The notes under the pieces: generated by a model
Database searches by the model: none
Told to the model about the DNA's origin: nothing
The model's input: the letters and a program-made list of their open reading frames with translations, nothing else
Shown here: positions 1 to 9,922 of the stretch, in pieces
Layout: each line of letters starts with the position of its first letter
Numbering within the stretch: position 1 is the first letter of the stretch
Position numbers and translations under genes: made by a program
Origin: an uncultured Nitrososphaerota archaeon
GTDB taxonomy: Archaea; Thermoproteota; Nitrososphaeria; Nitrososphaerales; Nitrosopumilaceae
NCBI GenBank assembly: GCA_963824385.1
Contig: CAWGPD010000001.1
Location: 242,136-306,135 of the forward strand
Reading direction: 5' to 3'
DNA: 64,000 bases

Positions 1-2
1 AT

Positions 3-947
3 ACAGAGCACAAAATTAATGGAACCAATATCATCACTGGAACTGCAATGGACTTTGAGAACAACGTATGGTATATTGATCCCATAACAAAGATTGTTGG
101 ACAATACATGCCAGATGACAAGACGGATAAGAAATATCACATTCCAGGAAATGGTACAGTATCAGGAATTGTTGTAGACAACTCAGATAATATCTGGTTA
201 ACGGTATCAAGTACTAGCGAGGTTCTAAAACTAGATACAAAAACAAAGACATTCCAGTCGATAAAGTTGCCAGATAATTCTGTGCCACTTGGTATCTCAA
301 TTGACCAGTCAACAGGTCAGGCATGGGTAGCAGAGAGTGGCTCTGGAAAGATTGCAAACATAGATCCTGCACAAAACTACAAGATTACAGAGTACACTCC
401 ATTTAACAGCACACTTGCAAGTCCTACTACAATATTATTTGATTCAGTAACTAACCAGGTCTTTGTTTCAGAACATGACGGCAAGGCAGTATCATCTTTT
501 GATCCGTTGCTCAAGAGTTTTAAAAAATACAACACAGACCCTCAAGGCTTACCGTTTGGCATGGCATTTGATCCAAATCATGATCTATGGTTGGCACAGC
601 ACACTCTAAACAAAGTAGCAGTTATAGATACAAGAACTGGCAAGTATGCCGAATTTAACATACCAACTCCATCATCATTTACGCAATGGATAACAGCTGA
701 CTCGCAAGGTGACATGATAATAGCAGAGCAACGTGCAAATGCACTTGGAATAATCACCACTAGTCTAAAGCCAGGATTTGTTGAAAATACCGAAACAAGT
801 ACAACGTTAGGGTTGCAATTAGGAGTAGGATATGCAGACGTGGCAGGTCCTGCAATTGTAGCAGGGCTAGTAGGTGTGGCCTTTTTCTATACCAAGAGTG
901 TGATGGATCTCAGGGGCAGTATAAAACAGGTAAAGAAAAACTATTAG
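3..947 (+). CDS. 5'-partial beta-propeller (Vgb/NHL-like repeat) protein with C-terminal membrane anchor
   Basis: Frame is open from base 3. Repeated blades (GIVVDNSDNIW, GISIDQSTGQAWV, GMAFDPNHDLWL) and a C-terminal TM segment followed by basic residues. Confidence 0.75.
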   Translation, partial: TEHKINGTNIITGTAMDFENNVWYIDPITKIVGQYMPDDKTDKKYHIPGNGTVSGIVVDNSDNIWLTVSSTSEVLKLDTKTKTFQSIKLPDNSVPLGISIDQSTGQAWVAESGSGKIANIDPAQNYKITEYTPFNSTLASPTTILFDSVTNQVFVSEHDGKAVSSFDPLLKSFKKYNTDPQGLPFGMAFDPNHDLWLAQHTLNKVAVIDTRTGKYAEFNIPTPSSFTQWITADSQGDMIIAEQRANALGIITTSLKPGFVENTETSTTLGLQLGVGYADVAGPAIVAGLVGVAFFYTKSVMDLRGSIKQVKKNY

Positions 948-1036
948 AATAAATTTTTAATTAAAGAATTTGTCAAGTATAATTTTTTGTACAAAGTTCT
1001 TTAAACAATTTTTTAAAAATTAATCTAAAGACTCTG

Positions 1037-2023
1037 CTATCTGAACTTGGGCAGAGATCTTGCAATAACAATTACAGAAACAAATGAAAGTATCACAAGC
1101 AGGAGAGGCATTGGAAACTCTGGTACTGCAGACGTATTTGATATTAATGGAATATTTAATCCAGATATAAAATTAGGATGTATCTGCTCATGCACTATCA
1201 TCATTACATCATCTCCGGATTGTTTTGTGTTGATATCTTGCTGTAATTGGCCAAAAGCAGTTTCAATCTTGACAAGATAAGGAGATGCACTTGGCGGAGC
1301 CATCGATTTTACGTTTTCAAACATGGATTGAGCTGCAATTTCGAGTTGTTGAGAACTTTGATATGCTGGAGCATCAACAATCGTCATCTGAGTTCCTGTC
1401 ATACTACCAGAACTTCCCATGTTCATTCCTGACATACCTTTCATTCCTGACATACCACTCATTCCAGACATGCTACCAGAACTTCCCATACTCATGTTAT
1501 TCATATTCATATTTGCCATATTAGTGAGATCTTCTTTTGAGCCAATTGCATCAGCATAATCTATTAGTACTTGATTTAGGACATCAAGTGTTGCAAGAGA
1601 TTGTATAGTTGCATTATTTTGCACAGAACTTGAAATTTCTGAAGCTTCGACTTGATCCAAAAGTTGATTCAGTACAACTGAATTTTGTGATGCAATAGTG
1701 AGGTCAGGGTTAGCACTGCCAGACATGGAATACAAATTATTAATTGCCGATGAAAGACTATTAGCCAAAGTTGCGTTTTGTTGAGTAAGTGTATTCATTT
1801 CATTTATCCCCCAATATTCTTGACTTTTTGAAATATGCCAGTTGGCAGTTTTACTGTCAGAAATACTATTAGCAATAAGAGTTGATTCTACCTTGAATTC
1901 TTGGATTTTTGCAATAAGATCTGCATCGGAATTTTTTACAAAATTATGAGCAAATACAGGATGAACAAACATCATTCCCACAAGTCCAATTACCATTAAC
2001 GATACAACAATTTTCTTTGCCAA
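1037..2023 (-). CDS. Secreted Met-rich PEF-CTERM surface protein, putative copper-binding
   Basis: Signal peptide ending VFA-HNF, central NMNMNNMSMGSSGSMSGMSGMSGMKGMSGMNMG tract, C-terminal VPEFP + TM + basic tail. Confidence 0.8.
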   Translation of the reverse strand: MAKKIVVSLMVIGLVGMMFVHPVFAHNFVKNSDADLIAKIQEFKVESTLIANSISDSKTANWHISKSQEYWGINEMNTLTQQNATLANSLSSAINNLYSMSGSANPDLTIASQNSVVLNQLLDQVEASEISSSVQNNATIQSLATLDVLNQVLIDYADAIGSKEDLTNMANMNMNNMSMGSSGSMSGMSGMSGMKGMSGMNMGSSGSMTGTQMTIVDAPAYQSSQQLEIAAQSMFENVKSMAPPSASPYLVKIETAFGQLQQDINTKQSGDDVMMIVHEQIHPNFISGLNIPLISNTSAVPEFPMPLLLVILSFVSVIVIARSLPKFR

Positions 2024-2214
2024 ACTATGACAGTATATTCAAAATAATATTAAAATGTAATGGTACAATCTTCGAATATTACAAATTTTAGCCTCAATCT
2101 TGGTACAGCATTTACACCCATATCCACAATCCTTGGATTAATCCCAATCCACTTGTCTTGATTGTGGCATATTTTTTGTACATCATACATAATAATAAGG
2201 AAAAAAATAATGTG

Positions 2215-2358
2215 ATGGTAATGAAAAATCTTGTATGTGGAATGGAAGTAACCGAAAAGAAACACATGACAAAATACAATGGAAAAGACTTTCTCTTTTG
2301 TTGTGCCCATTGCAAAACAACTTTTGAAAAAAATCCAAAGCAATTTGTTAAAGAATAA
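2215..2358 (+). CDS. YHS/TRASH-domain small metal chaperone
   Basis: NLVCGMEV...YNGKDFLFCCAHCKTTFEKNP fits the TRASH/YHS pattern; lies near copA. Start moved to ATG 2215. Confidence 0.85.
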   Translation: MVMKNLVCGMEVTEKKHMTKYNGKDFLFCCAHCKTTFEKNPKQFVKE

Positions 2359-2548
2359 CATTGAGGGTCATCATCCATCACGATGTTGTTTCTTATTTGA
2401 CTAGAGAGAGACATCTCAATCATATGCTGCAATAACATTTGCAATAAATACACATTTGTTGTACAATGAAGATTTACTTCATAGTTCAAATTCAAATACG
2501 ATATCCTCCTATGATATTTTTATACAAGTTATGCGAAGAAGAGGTGAG

Positions 2549-2800
2549 ATGGGTCACCACAGCCTTGCTGATAACATAATGATGCTTGTGATGTCAGTTG
2601 CAATGCTTACAATGGTAATGTCAATGTTAATCATGGGAGTCAATTGGTCCATAGTACTCCTAATTCTATCAGGAGTATTGACAGCTGTAACAACTGTCTT
2701 TTATTCATTCCAGTCTGCCAGATGTATGTGTGGAACCAATCAATACAATAAGCAATCAAACAAAGCGATATCTGACGCTACATGTGATTGTCCTAAGTGA
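2549..2800 (+). CDS. Small Met-rich membrane protein with Cys-x-Cys motifs
   Basis: ATG preceded by GAGGTGA; MGHH N-terminus, Met-rich hydrophobic helix, second TM, C-terminal CMC and CDC. Confidence 0.65.
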   Translation: MGHHSLADNIMMLVMSVAMLTMVMSMLIMGVNWSIVLLILSGVLTAVTTVFYSFQSARCMCGTNQYNKQSNKAISDATCDCPK

Positions 2801-3068
2801 AAAATGATGAATAAATATAGCACATGCGATTCAACGATATAACATTTGTAAGTCAAGAAAAAACTACATGATGTAGATATTCCAGTTTTAAAAAATGGTA
2901 CCATCCCAGGAATTTTACTAAATGAGGAGTAATATCAAACATCAATGTCATTGTACTTTTGTGTCAAAGTTAGTATCTCCAGAATATTTTGCAGAAAGTG
3001 TATGAGTTCCAATCAATAATGACGAGGAGGACATTGTAGTCATATGAGTACTAGTTCGAATCGGAGTG

Positions 3069-3464
3069 TTATTTTCTCCTTTGACTAATTATAACCCATG
3101 CAAATGGAATTCCTACCAGACATGCTGTGAGCATAGTCATCCATTCCAAAAAAATGGGTATTTTTTCATTTGAAGATATTCCCAACCTGTCAGACATTTC
3201 GCGCATACCAGACATGTTGGACATACCAGCCATTCCATGCATACCAGACATGTTGGACATACCAGCCATTCCATGCATACCAGACATGTTGGACATACCA
3301 GCCATTGTCTCACTTGATATCATTTTAATCGAGTATGCAGAATAGTATTGTTCAGCATTTACTGTATGAAGTTGAGAAACTAATACAAATACAATACCTA
3401 CGAAAATGATCGAAAAAAGACCAAACCAAACACAGGCCAAGTTTTTCTTTAACATAGAGGCCAT
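3069..3464 (-). CDS. Membrane protein with tandem Met-rich repeats
   Basis: N- and C-terminal hydrophobic helices flank (MAGMSNMSGMHG) repeats. Start moved to ATG 3464. Confidence 0.7.
   Translation of the reverse strand: MASMLKKNLACVWFGLFSIIFVGIVFVLVSQLHTVNAEQYYSAYSIKMISSETMAGMSNMSGMHGMAGMSNMSGMHGMAGMSNMSGMREMSDRLGISSNEKIPIFLEWMTMLTACLVGIPFAWVIISQRRK
3203..3306. repeat. 36-bp tandem repeat, about 2.9 copies, encoding MAGMSNMSGMHG on the minus strand
   Basis: Unit gcataccagacatgttggacataccagccattccat starts at 3203, 3239 and 3275 (last copy 32 bp). Confidence 0.95.
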
Positions 3465-3579
3465 TCGTAACACTCGTTTATTTCTTTTAGAAATTAAAAT
3501 CAGTGGTACAATCCACGAATGAATTACCAAAATTGAGAATCAAGGACATGCATATCTATGGATTTAAACAATAAACAAT

Positions 3580-3687
3580 ATGACACATTGTAATTGTGGA
3601 GCTAAACATGAAACTACTTGTAGTTGTCAAAAAACTGGCAAATGCGACTGCGGCAGTAGTTGCACCTGCAAAGATTGCAGATGTTAA
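3580..3687 (+). CDS. Metallothionein-like Cys-rich microprotein (35 aa, 10 Cys)
   Basis: Manual translation: MTHCNCGAKHETTCSCQKTGKCDCGSSCTCKDCRC*. Five CxC motifs, no aromatic residues; 71 bp upstream of copA on the same strand. Confidence 0.8.
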   Translation: MTHCNCGAKHETTCSCQKTGKCDCGSSCTCKDCRC

Positions 3688-3758
3688 TCAAGCAACACGT
3701 GTTCACAGCAAGCCAAGTAATGAGGTTAAAATATTCTTCTTTTTTAGAGTGAGCTAGA

Positions 3759-5864
3759 ATGGCGCGAGACCCCATATGTGGAATGTTTGTAGAGGAAAAA
3801 AATGAGTCATTAAATTTTGAAACAGATGGAAGAAGGTATTATTTTTGCTGCAAAAGCTGCCTAGACGAATTCGCCATGCCAGAAAAAGAACTCAAAAAAC
3901 TAAAGAGTCATGTCGTACTGGCTATCATTTTAACAATTCCCACAGTTTTGCTAACATATATCGCAATTATACCTCACCAATTAAACCCCTACGTACTTTT
4001 TGCATTAGCAACACCAGTCCAGTTCTGGCTCGGTTGGAGATTCTATCAGGGTACATATGATGCATTCAAGCACAAGATGACTAACATGGATGTCCTAATC
4101 GCATTAGGAACATCCACCGCGTGGGGATACAGCACTGTCATAACTTTTGTGCACAATGTAGTACCAATGGCAGATGTATACTTTGAAACATCTTCAGTCA
4201 TAATCACGCTTTTGTTAATTGGAAGATTACTTGAGAGTAAGACCAAGACAAGAGCATCAAAGGCTGTAAAAAAACTACTGGATCTTAAACCAAGATTTGC
4301 TCATGCCATAAAAAATAATCAAGAGGTAGAGGTACCAGTTGAGCAAGTACAACCAGACGATATAATCATAGTTCGTCCAGGGGAAAGAATACCTGTAGAT
4401 GGAACAATAATTGAAGGAAGATCGTCAATAGATCAATCTGCGATAACAGGTGAGAGTATCCCAGTAGAAAAAGAAGTTGGAGATGATGTCATTGGAAGCA
4501 CCATCAACAAAGAAGGCGCATTCAAATTCAAAGCAACCAAGGTAGGAGACGAATCTGTCTTATCGCAAATAGTAAAGCTTGTCGAGGATGCAAAATCAAG
4601 CAGGGTTCCGATACAAAAGCTTGCTGATAAAATATCATCATATTTTGTACCACTTATAATTACAATAGCAATAATTTCTGCACTGGGGTGGTTCTTTGTA
4701 GGTGGAATTGGCCTTACTTTCTCAATTCTTGCATTTGTTTCAGTAATAATAATTTCTTGTCCATGTGCGCTTGGAATTGCAACACCTGCAGCTCTAATGG
4801 TAGGAGCAGGCAAGGCTGCAGAAAACGGCATCCTGATAAAGGGTGGTGAAAATCTTGAAAATGCAAGAAAGGTTCAGATTATAATATTCGACAAAACCGG
4901 GACTTTAACCAAGGGAATTCCTTCTGTTACTGATGTTGTGACTATAAACGAGATGAACAGCGATGAGATATTACGCCTTGCCGCAATTTCAGAGAAAAAT
5001 TCAGAGCATCCCCTTGCAAGAGCTATAGTAAGACATGCAAAAAAAACAAATCTCGTAGTTTCAGATCCAGATTCGTTTAAATCCATCACAGGTAGTGGAG
5101 TTGAAGCCCAGTACGGAGATCATCAGATATTGATAGGAAATAGAAAATTCATAACAAATAACGGCATTACAATTGATGAAAAAATGGAGAAGAAGATTCA
5201 GGAATTTGAAGAAGGCGGAAAGACTACAATCATCATATGTATTGACAAAAAATTATCAGGAATAATTGCAATGATGGATACGATCAGTGACAACGCACTA
5301 GAAGCCATACAGAGGCTCAAAAAGAATGGAATTCAAGTAGCAATGCTTACAGGAGACAACACAAAGATTGCCAATGCAATAGCAAGTAAACTTGGAATAG
5401 ACCGAGTTTTCGCAGAAGTATCACCTCAAGAAAAAGAGAACGTCATAGCAAAAATAAAGCAAGAAGGAAAGACTGTAGCAATGGTGGGAGATGGAATCAA
5501 TGACGCCCCCGCACTTGCAGCAGCTGATTTAGGAATAGCATTTGGAAGTGGAACAGATATTGCAAAGGAGACTGGAGGGATTATACTTGTCAAAGATGAT
5601 TTAAGAGATGTTGTAACAGCAATAGAGCTAAGCAAGAAAACTGTTGCCAAGATTAAACAAAATCTTGTACTGTCATTTGTTTACAACTCGGCATTAATTC
5701 CAGTTGCAGCTGGCGCACTTGTTCCAATATTTGGCCCTCATGTGTACATGATCTTGCCGTTTCTTGCAGCTGGCGCAATGGCAACAAGCTCCATAACGGT
5801 AATTAGTAATTCCCTATTATTGAACAGGTACAAACCAATGAGACAGAGGTTAGAAATAAAATGA
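3759..5864 (+). CDS. copA: Copper-translocating P1B-type ATPase with N-terminal YHS/TRASH domain
   Basis: DPICGM...YFCCKSC N-domain; TGES, CPC, DKTGT, SEHP, GDGIND, YN and MATSS motifs of Cu(I) P1B-1 ATPases. Confidence 0.95.
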   Translation: MARDPICGMFVEEKNESLNFETDGRRYYFCCKSCLDEFAMPEKELKKLKSHVVLAIILTIPTVLLTYIAIIPHQLNPYVLFALATPVQFWLGWRFYQGTYDAFKHKMTNMDVLIALGTSTAWGYSTVITFVHNVVPMADVYFETSSVIITLLLIGRLLESKTKTRASKAVKKLLDLKPRFAHAIKNNQEVEVPVEQVQPDDIIIVRPGERIPVDGTIIEGRSSIDQSAITGESIPVEKEVGDDVIGSTINKEGAFKFKATKVGDESVLSQIVKLVEDAKSSRVPIQKLADKISSYFVPLIITIAIISALGWFFVGGIGLTFSILAFVSVIIISCPCALGIATPAALMVGAGKAAENGILIKGGENLENARKVQIIIFDKTGTLTKGIPSVTDVVTINEMNSDEILRLAAISEKNSEHPLARAIVRHAKKTNLVVSDPDSFKSITGSGVEAQYGDHQILIGNRKFITNNGITIDEKMEKKIQEFEEGGKTTIIICIDKKLSGIIAMMDTISDNALEAIQRLKKNGIQVAMLTGDNTKIANAIASKLGIDRVFAEVSPQEKENVIAKIKQEGKTVAMVGDGINDAPALAAADLGIAFGSGTDIAKETGGIILVKDDLRDVVTAIELSKKTVAKIKQNLVLSFVYNSALIPVAAGALVPIFGPHVYMILPFLAAGAMATSSITVISNSLLLNRYKPMRQRLEIK

Positions 5865-6148
5865 TCCCAAAATCCATTTTATTGATACGTGAAACTTCAT
5901 ATCATAATTTTAGGAGAAATATGTCAACTCAGATCTTTACTGCATGGGCGCACTCTCCATACAGCAAAGAGCAGAGCAGAATGAAGTCAAATCATTATGC
6001 AGTATCAATACCACGTCATTTTACAAGATAAAGAAATTGGTACATTAGTCGAATATACCATGTATGAAGATACTTTGCTTCATACCATGAATGAGCCATT
6101 CTATAGTTGTACCAGTTCGTTTAAATTTCTAAAAAGCGTAAATTTACT

Positions 6149-6541
6149 ATGCAGAAAGAAAGCCATCTATTGGAAAATAGGCCAAAGCTTTTTACCATAA
6201 TCATTTTTTCTGTAATCGCAATTTTTGCAGTACCAGTAATACTTCCTCATGTATTTCACGAATTTCAAGTCTTCCACATACTACTCCACTTAAGCGGAGT
6301 TGCAATAGCCAGTTTTCTTACCATAGTTTCTTCAGTAGCATATGCAAGAATTAAAACAAAAAGGCTAATGTTTACAATGATAGCATTTGGCTTATTTGCA
6401 GTTGCAGAGGTATTCTCAGTCATCGATGCAGCATGGCAGTATACTTATTATTTCGGGTCCGTCTCAGCAGATGAGGTAGGACATATTCTTGAATTATGCA
6501 CATTGGGGATGTTTGCATTGAGTGTGTTTAGGAGAGATTAG
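6149..6541 (+). CDS. Four-TM membrane protein with His residues, coupled to downstream regulator
   Basis: Four hydrophobic helices; stop lies 1 bp before the wHTH start codon. Confidence 0.7.
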   Translation: MQKESHLLENRPKLFTIIIFSVIAIFAVPVILPHVFHEFQVFHILLHLSGVAIASFLTIVSSVAYARIKTKRLMFTMIAFGLFAVAEVFSVIDAAWQYTYYFGSVSADEVGHILELCTLGMFALSVFRRD

Positions 6542-6542
6542 A

Positions 6543-7040
6543 ATGGATAGAAGTATAGAGATCATAAACATTGTAGAGAAAAATCCAGGGATAAAGTTTC
6601 GAGAGATTATGAGAGAGTCCGGACTGAAAAATGGAGTTCTAAGTTATCACGTAAGAAAATTAGAAGAGAGTGGTAGTGTAAAGATAGATAGAAAGTCAGG
6701 AGAGACCCGATTTTATCCCCTTTGCGTTACAGATGAAGAATCAAATCTTATAACAAGTCTTAGGCGAGACACTCAAAGATATATTTTATTATCTTTGCTT
6801 GATGGTAAATCACTTGCATTTAATGAGATAGTTTCGAAAGTCAGAAAATCACCTTCGACTGTTTCTACATTCCTTGGAAGACTTGTTGATGATAACATAG
6901 TGGAAATTAAGATCGTGGGATTAAAGAAAGTCTACTTTTTAAAAAATACAGACATGGTTCGTGAGATAATTGAAAAATACAATCCAATTCTTCTTGAAAG
7001 AACTGCATACAACTTTGCAGACACGTTTGCAAACCTTTAG
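6543..7040 (+). CDS. Double winged-helix transcriptional regulator
   Basis: NPGIKFREIMRESGLKNGVLSYHVRKLE and a second HTH, AFNEIVSKVRKSPSTVSTFLGRL. Confidence 0.85.
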   Translation: MDRSIEIINIVEKNPGIKFREIMRESGLKNGVLSYHVRKLEESGSVKIDRKSGETRFYPLCVTDEESNLITSLRRDTQRYILLSLLDGKSLAFNEIVSKVRKSPSTVSTFLGRLVDDNIVEIKIVGLKKVYFLKNTDMVREIIEKYNPILLERTAYNFADTFANL

Positions 7041-7166
7041 GAATTACAACTCACAATTTACCATGCAGTCACGTATTATGCAATAATTGTACCATAATAC
7101 TAGATACGAGTAAATGAGAAACTACTCACTATTTATTTAGAGTCAAAGGATAAAACTCAATCAAAT

Positions 7167-8534
7167 ATGAACAAGATTCTAGTCCTGTTTACTATTGCAT
7201 TAATTCTATTTCCTAGCGTCATGTTCTTGTCAGCCCATGGAGACGGATTAGCAAGTGAAACATTACCGCCGTCCATGATTGGTAACAAAAATGTCACATT
7301 ATCAATCAACACATCGCCATTTTTGATAAACGACTATCAGTCTGGAACACAGATAAATTTTGTATTGATGGATGTCACTGATCAGCAGCCAATTCCAGAT
7401 GCAACAATCGCAGTTTCAGTCTTCAAGGACAATAAAGCTGTAGTTGGTCATGTGTTTATGAGCGATAGTGGAAATTTCCTACTTGATTTGATTCCAGACA
7501 CAACAACAAACAGCACTTCAATTGATGAACAAGGTGGAATATTTCCAGGTCTGTTGGGGCATAGTGGAGAATATAACATCAAAGGACCTGCATTTTCCAC
7601 CGCAGGATTGTACAAATTCAAAATCGAAGTTCTCACAATGGGATCATATGATTACCAAGTAAGCAAGTCATTTGATGCCGGAGTATCACTTCCAGAAACA
7701 GACAATTATCAAGTCTATGATAAAGACTATGGAAATCAGAACGTTACACTAATTGCTTATTATGATAAAATCAGTGATTTTCAATACAATACAGATACCA
7801 AGACTATAAGTTTTGTAATGCCGTTTAACTGGGATCCTGATAATGTAAAACAAGTATCAGTTGTGCACCAGGAATTAAAGATACCAAGAACATTTAGTGA
7901 TTTTATAGTTACAAAATATGATGTATCCATTAATGGAGTAAAGATACCTGACAAAGAAATCAGCATAGATGATTATTCATCAGATGAGCGAATAGTACAC
8001 CTAATTTTATACAAAACTGATGTGGCAAACATTGTAAAAGAGCAGAACAGTACAAAGCAAGAGATGGATTACTCTATTTCTCCCAGCAACACTATCAGTT
8101 TTCCAATCATACAATATACAAGAAATGCACAATACAAGGTGAGTCTTAGCTGGGACCCCCCAAAAATTCTCCCAGGTTCAACAACCAGATTTAGTTTCCA
8201 AGTTCTAGATCCTTATTTGGTAAATAAAACAGTCGACCCCTTAGACTATGATTTTTCCATAATTGCTGGAAAGAATGGAGTGATATTTCACAAGAGTGAT
8301 ACTACTAATAGCAATGGCACCATGAATATAATCAATGTTCCATTCCCGTCTAATTATACGGGTCCAATTACAATTGCATTTGAGAATTTAAACGATAATA
8401 GTTTTGCAGATTCAGAATTCTCAGGAATTGTTTCAGTCCCCACAATAGTTCCAGAATTTCCCGCAGGGCTATTGTTAATAACTGCAATCACATTTTCAAT
8501 CATCCTAGTACTTCCAAGACTAGGGAAAAAATGA
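7167..8534 (+). CDS. PEF-CTERM surface protein
   Basis: Signal peptide, beta-rich body, C-terminal VPEFP + TM + KK. Confidence 0.85.
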   Translation: MNKILVLFTIALILFPSVMFLSAHGDGLASETLPPSMIGNKNVTLSINTSPFLINDYQSGTQINFVLMDVTDQQPIPDATIAVSVFKDNKAVVGHVFMSDSGNFLLDLIPDTTTNSTSIDEQGGIFPGLLGHSGEYNIKGPAFSTAGLYKFKIEVLTMGSYDYQVSKSFDAGVSLPETDNYQVYDKDYGNQNVTLIAYYDKISDFQYNTDTKTISFVMPFNWDPDNVKQVSVVHQELKIPRTFSDFIVTKYDVSINGVKIPDKEISIDDYSSDERIVHLILYKTDVANIVKEQNSTKQEMDYSISPSNTISFPIIQYTRNAQYKVSLSWDPPKILPGSTTRFSFQVLDPYLVNKTVDPLDYDFSIIAGKNGVIFHKSDTTNSNGTMNIINVPFPSNYTGPITIAFENLNDNSFADSEFSGIVSVPTIVPEFPAGLLLITAITFSIILVLPRLGKK

Positions 8535-8800
8535 AACGCGGAATCCTAATTGTAATTTCAGGAGCATGCATGCTCATAGGTGGTCATTTTCTTTCACAAA
8601 TGGTAATTGATGCAATTCCAACAATCAATCCTGCCAATTCAAGTACAATAAAAGATACAAATTATCACATGGTTACTCTAAGTAACCAGTTATCATTTGC
8701 CAGCCAACTTGGAATCATAGTTTTGTTTATTGGGGCAATCATATTTTTCACAGATAGAAGAAAATCTAGTAACTCGGATCAGAATATTACTAAAATTTAA
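8531..8800 (+). CDS. Small two-TM membrane protein
   Basis: ATGA overlap with the upstream gene; two hydrophobic segments. Confidence 0.6.
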   Translation: MKRGILIVISGACMLIGGHFLSQMVIDAIPTINPANSSTIKDTNYHMVTLSNQLSFASQLGIIVLFIGAIIFFTDRRKSSNSDQNITKI

Positions 8801-8872
8801 CATGTCAATTTTTTCCAAATCATACAGGATGGAAATTTCATTCAAGTACAATGCCAAAGAATTGTCGATTAC

Positions 8873-9829
8873 CTAGCCCTTCATGCCATATCCTACAAGT
8901 ACGGAATAACATCCAAGGCCACATTGCTCACATATTGGCTTCATAGACGAGTTGTCCGCACTTCCAATACAGCAGGGTCGTTTCTCCCTACCCATGTGAT
9001 CAACTGATATTATTGCCCATGTGGGGCAGTCAACAGGAACAGTTCCCTTTCCGCCCCAATTCTTTTTCATCAACTCTAGCTGACTATCAGGATTTATGAT
9101 ATAATCATCATCAAACTGGTCTCTCATTGCAATAATATCATCAACTACTTGTGTTCTTTGAGGACCAAATGGGAGCCAGAGAGGGTCATCTTTCATAAAA
9201 GGAGTATGAAACTGAAATCCAATCTTGTTGGAATATTCATGCCATTCGTTCATGACATCTTTTACTGTCTTGTAGTTTTGAGAATTAATTGTCATTGTAA
9301 TCCATATGTCTTTCCATGCCTTTTCTCCATTATTGTTTACATAATCTAGAACATTCTTTCTTGTCTTATCCCAAGATCCGGCTCCACGAATTTTGTCATG
9401 AGTCTCGTTTGTACCATCTATTGATATCCAGTAAAAGTATAGATTTTCAATTTTTTTCAGCGGTATAGTCCCGTTAGATACGATACAGATTCTTTTTGGA
9501 AACTGCTTTACAAACAAATCAATAACATCAGGCCTTAGAGCGGGTTCACCCCCTACTAGAGTAATGATAAAGACATGATTTTTCTTAAATTTCTCATCAA
9601 TTACTTTTTGCCATTGTTGAAGTGTTAGATCCTCATTTTCTTTTCTGTTTAGCCACCAATAACAGTGAGTACAGTGCAAGTTACATACATTGATTATATC
9701 AGCAGACCCATACAGCGGGCTTTTTCGGTGAAATAATTTGTATCCTGCAAATGTTCCAAATATGTGAAAATAGCATGGCATCTCTTGAATTATTTGTCTA
9801 ACTCCCCTGCCCATTATTTCCATGATCAT
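8873..9829 (-). CDS. Radical SAM protein with Cys-rich C-terminal (SPASM/twitch-like) region
   Basis: CNLHCTHC, GGEP, SNG, SIDG..HDKIRG; C-terminal CPTW..PCC..CEQCGLGC. Start codon uncertain. Confidence 0.9.
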   Translation of the reverse strand: MIMEIMGRGVRQIIQEMPCYFHIFGTFAGYKLFHRKSPLYGSADIINVCNLHCTHCYWWLNRKENEDLTLQQWQKVIDEKFKKNHVFIITLVGGEPALRPDVIDLFVKQFPKRICIVSNGTIPLKKIENLYFYWISIDGTNETHDKIRGAGSWDKTRKNVLDYVNNNGEKAWKDIWITMTINSQNYKTVKDVMNEWHEYSNKIGFQFHTPFMKDDPLWLPFGPQRTQVVDDIIAMRDQFDDDYIINPDSQLELMKKNWGGKGTVPVDCPTWAIISVDHMGREKRPCCIGSADNSSMKPICEQCGLGCYSVLVGYGMKG

Positions 9830-9922
9830 AAAGATACAGCATTGCAAGTTAAATGCGTTTAGTGTAATCACAAATTTTAAAAATTCCAAATTTTCCCTGT
9901 TTTAATATAATATCTGACTGAT

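Noticed and set aside
2050..2495. Minus-strand ORFs 2050-2361 and 2112-2495
   Set aside because: They overlap the YHS gene on the opposite strand and show no motifs.
3203..3306. 36-bp repeats as a CRISPR array
   Set aside because: The units are head-to-tail with no spacers, lie in frame within a CDS, and no cas genes are present.
3127..3345. Plus-strand ORF with IPAIPCIPDMLD repeats
   Set aside because: It is the antisense reading of the Met-rich repeat gene, which has TM helices and fits the copper context.
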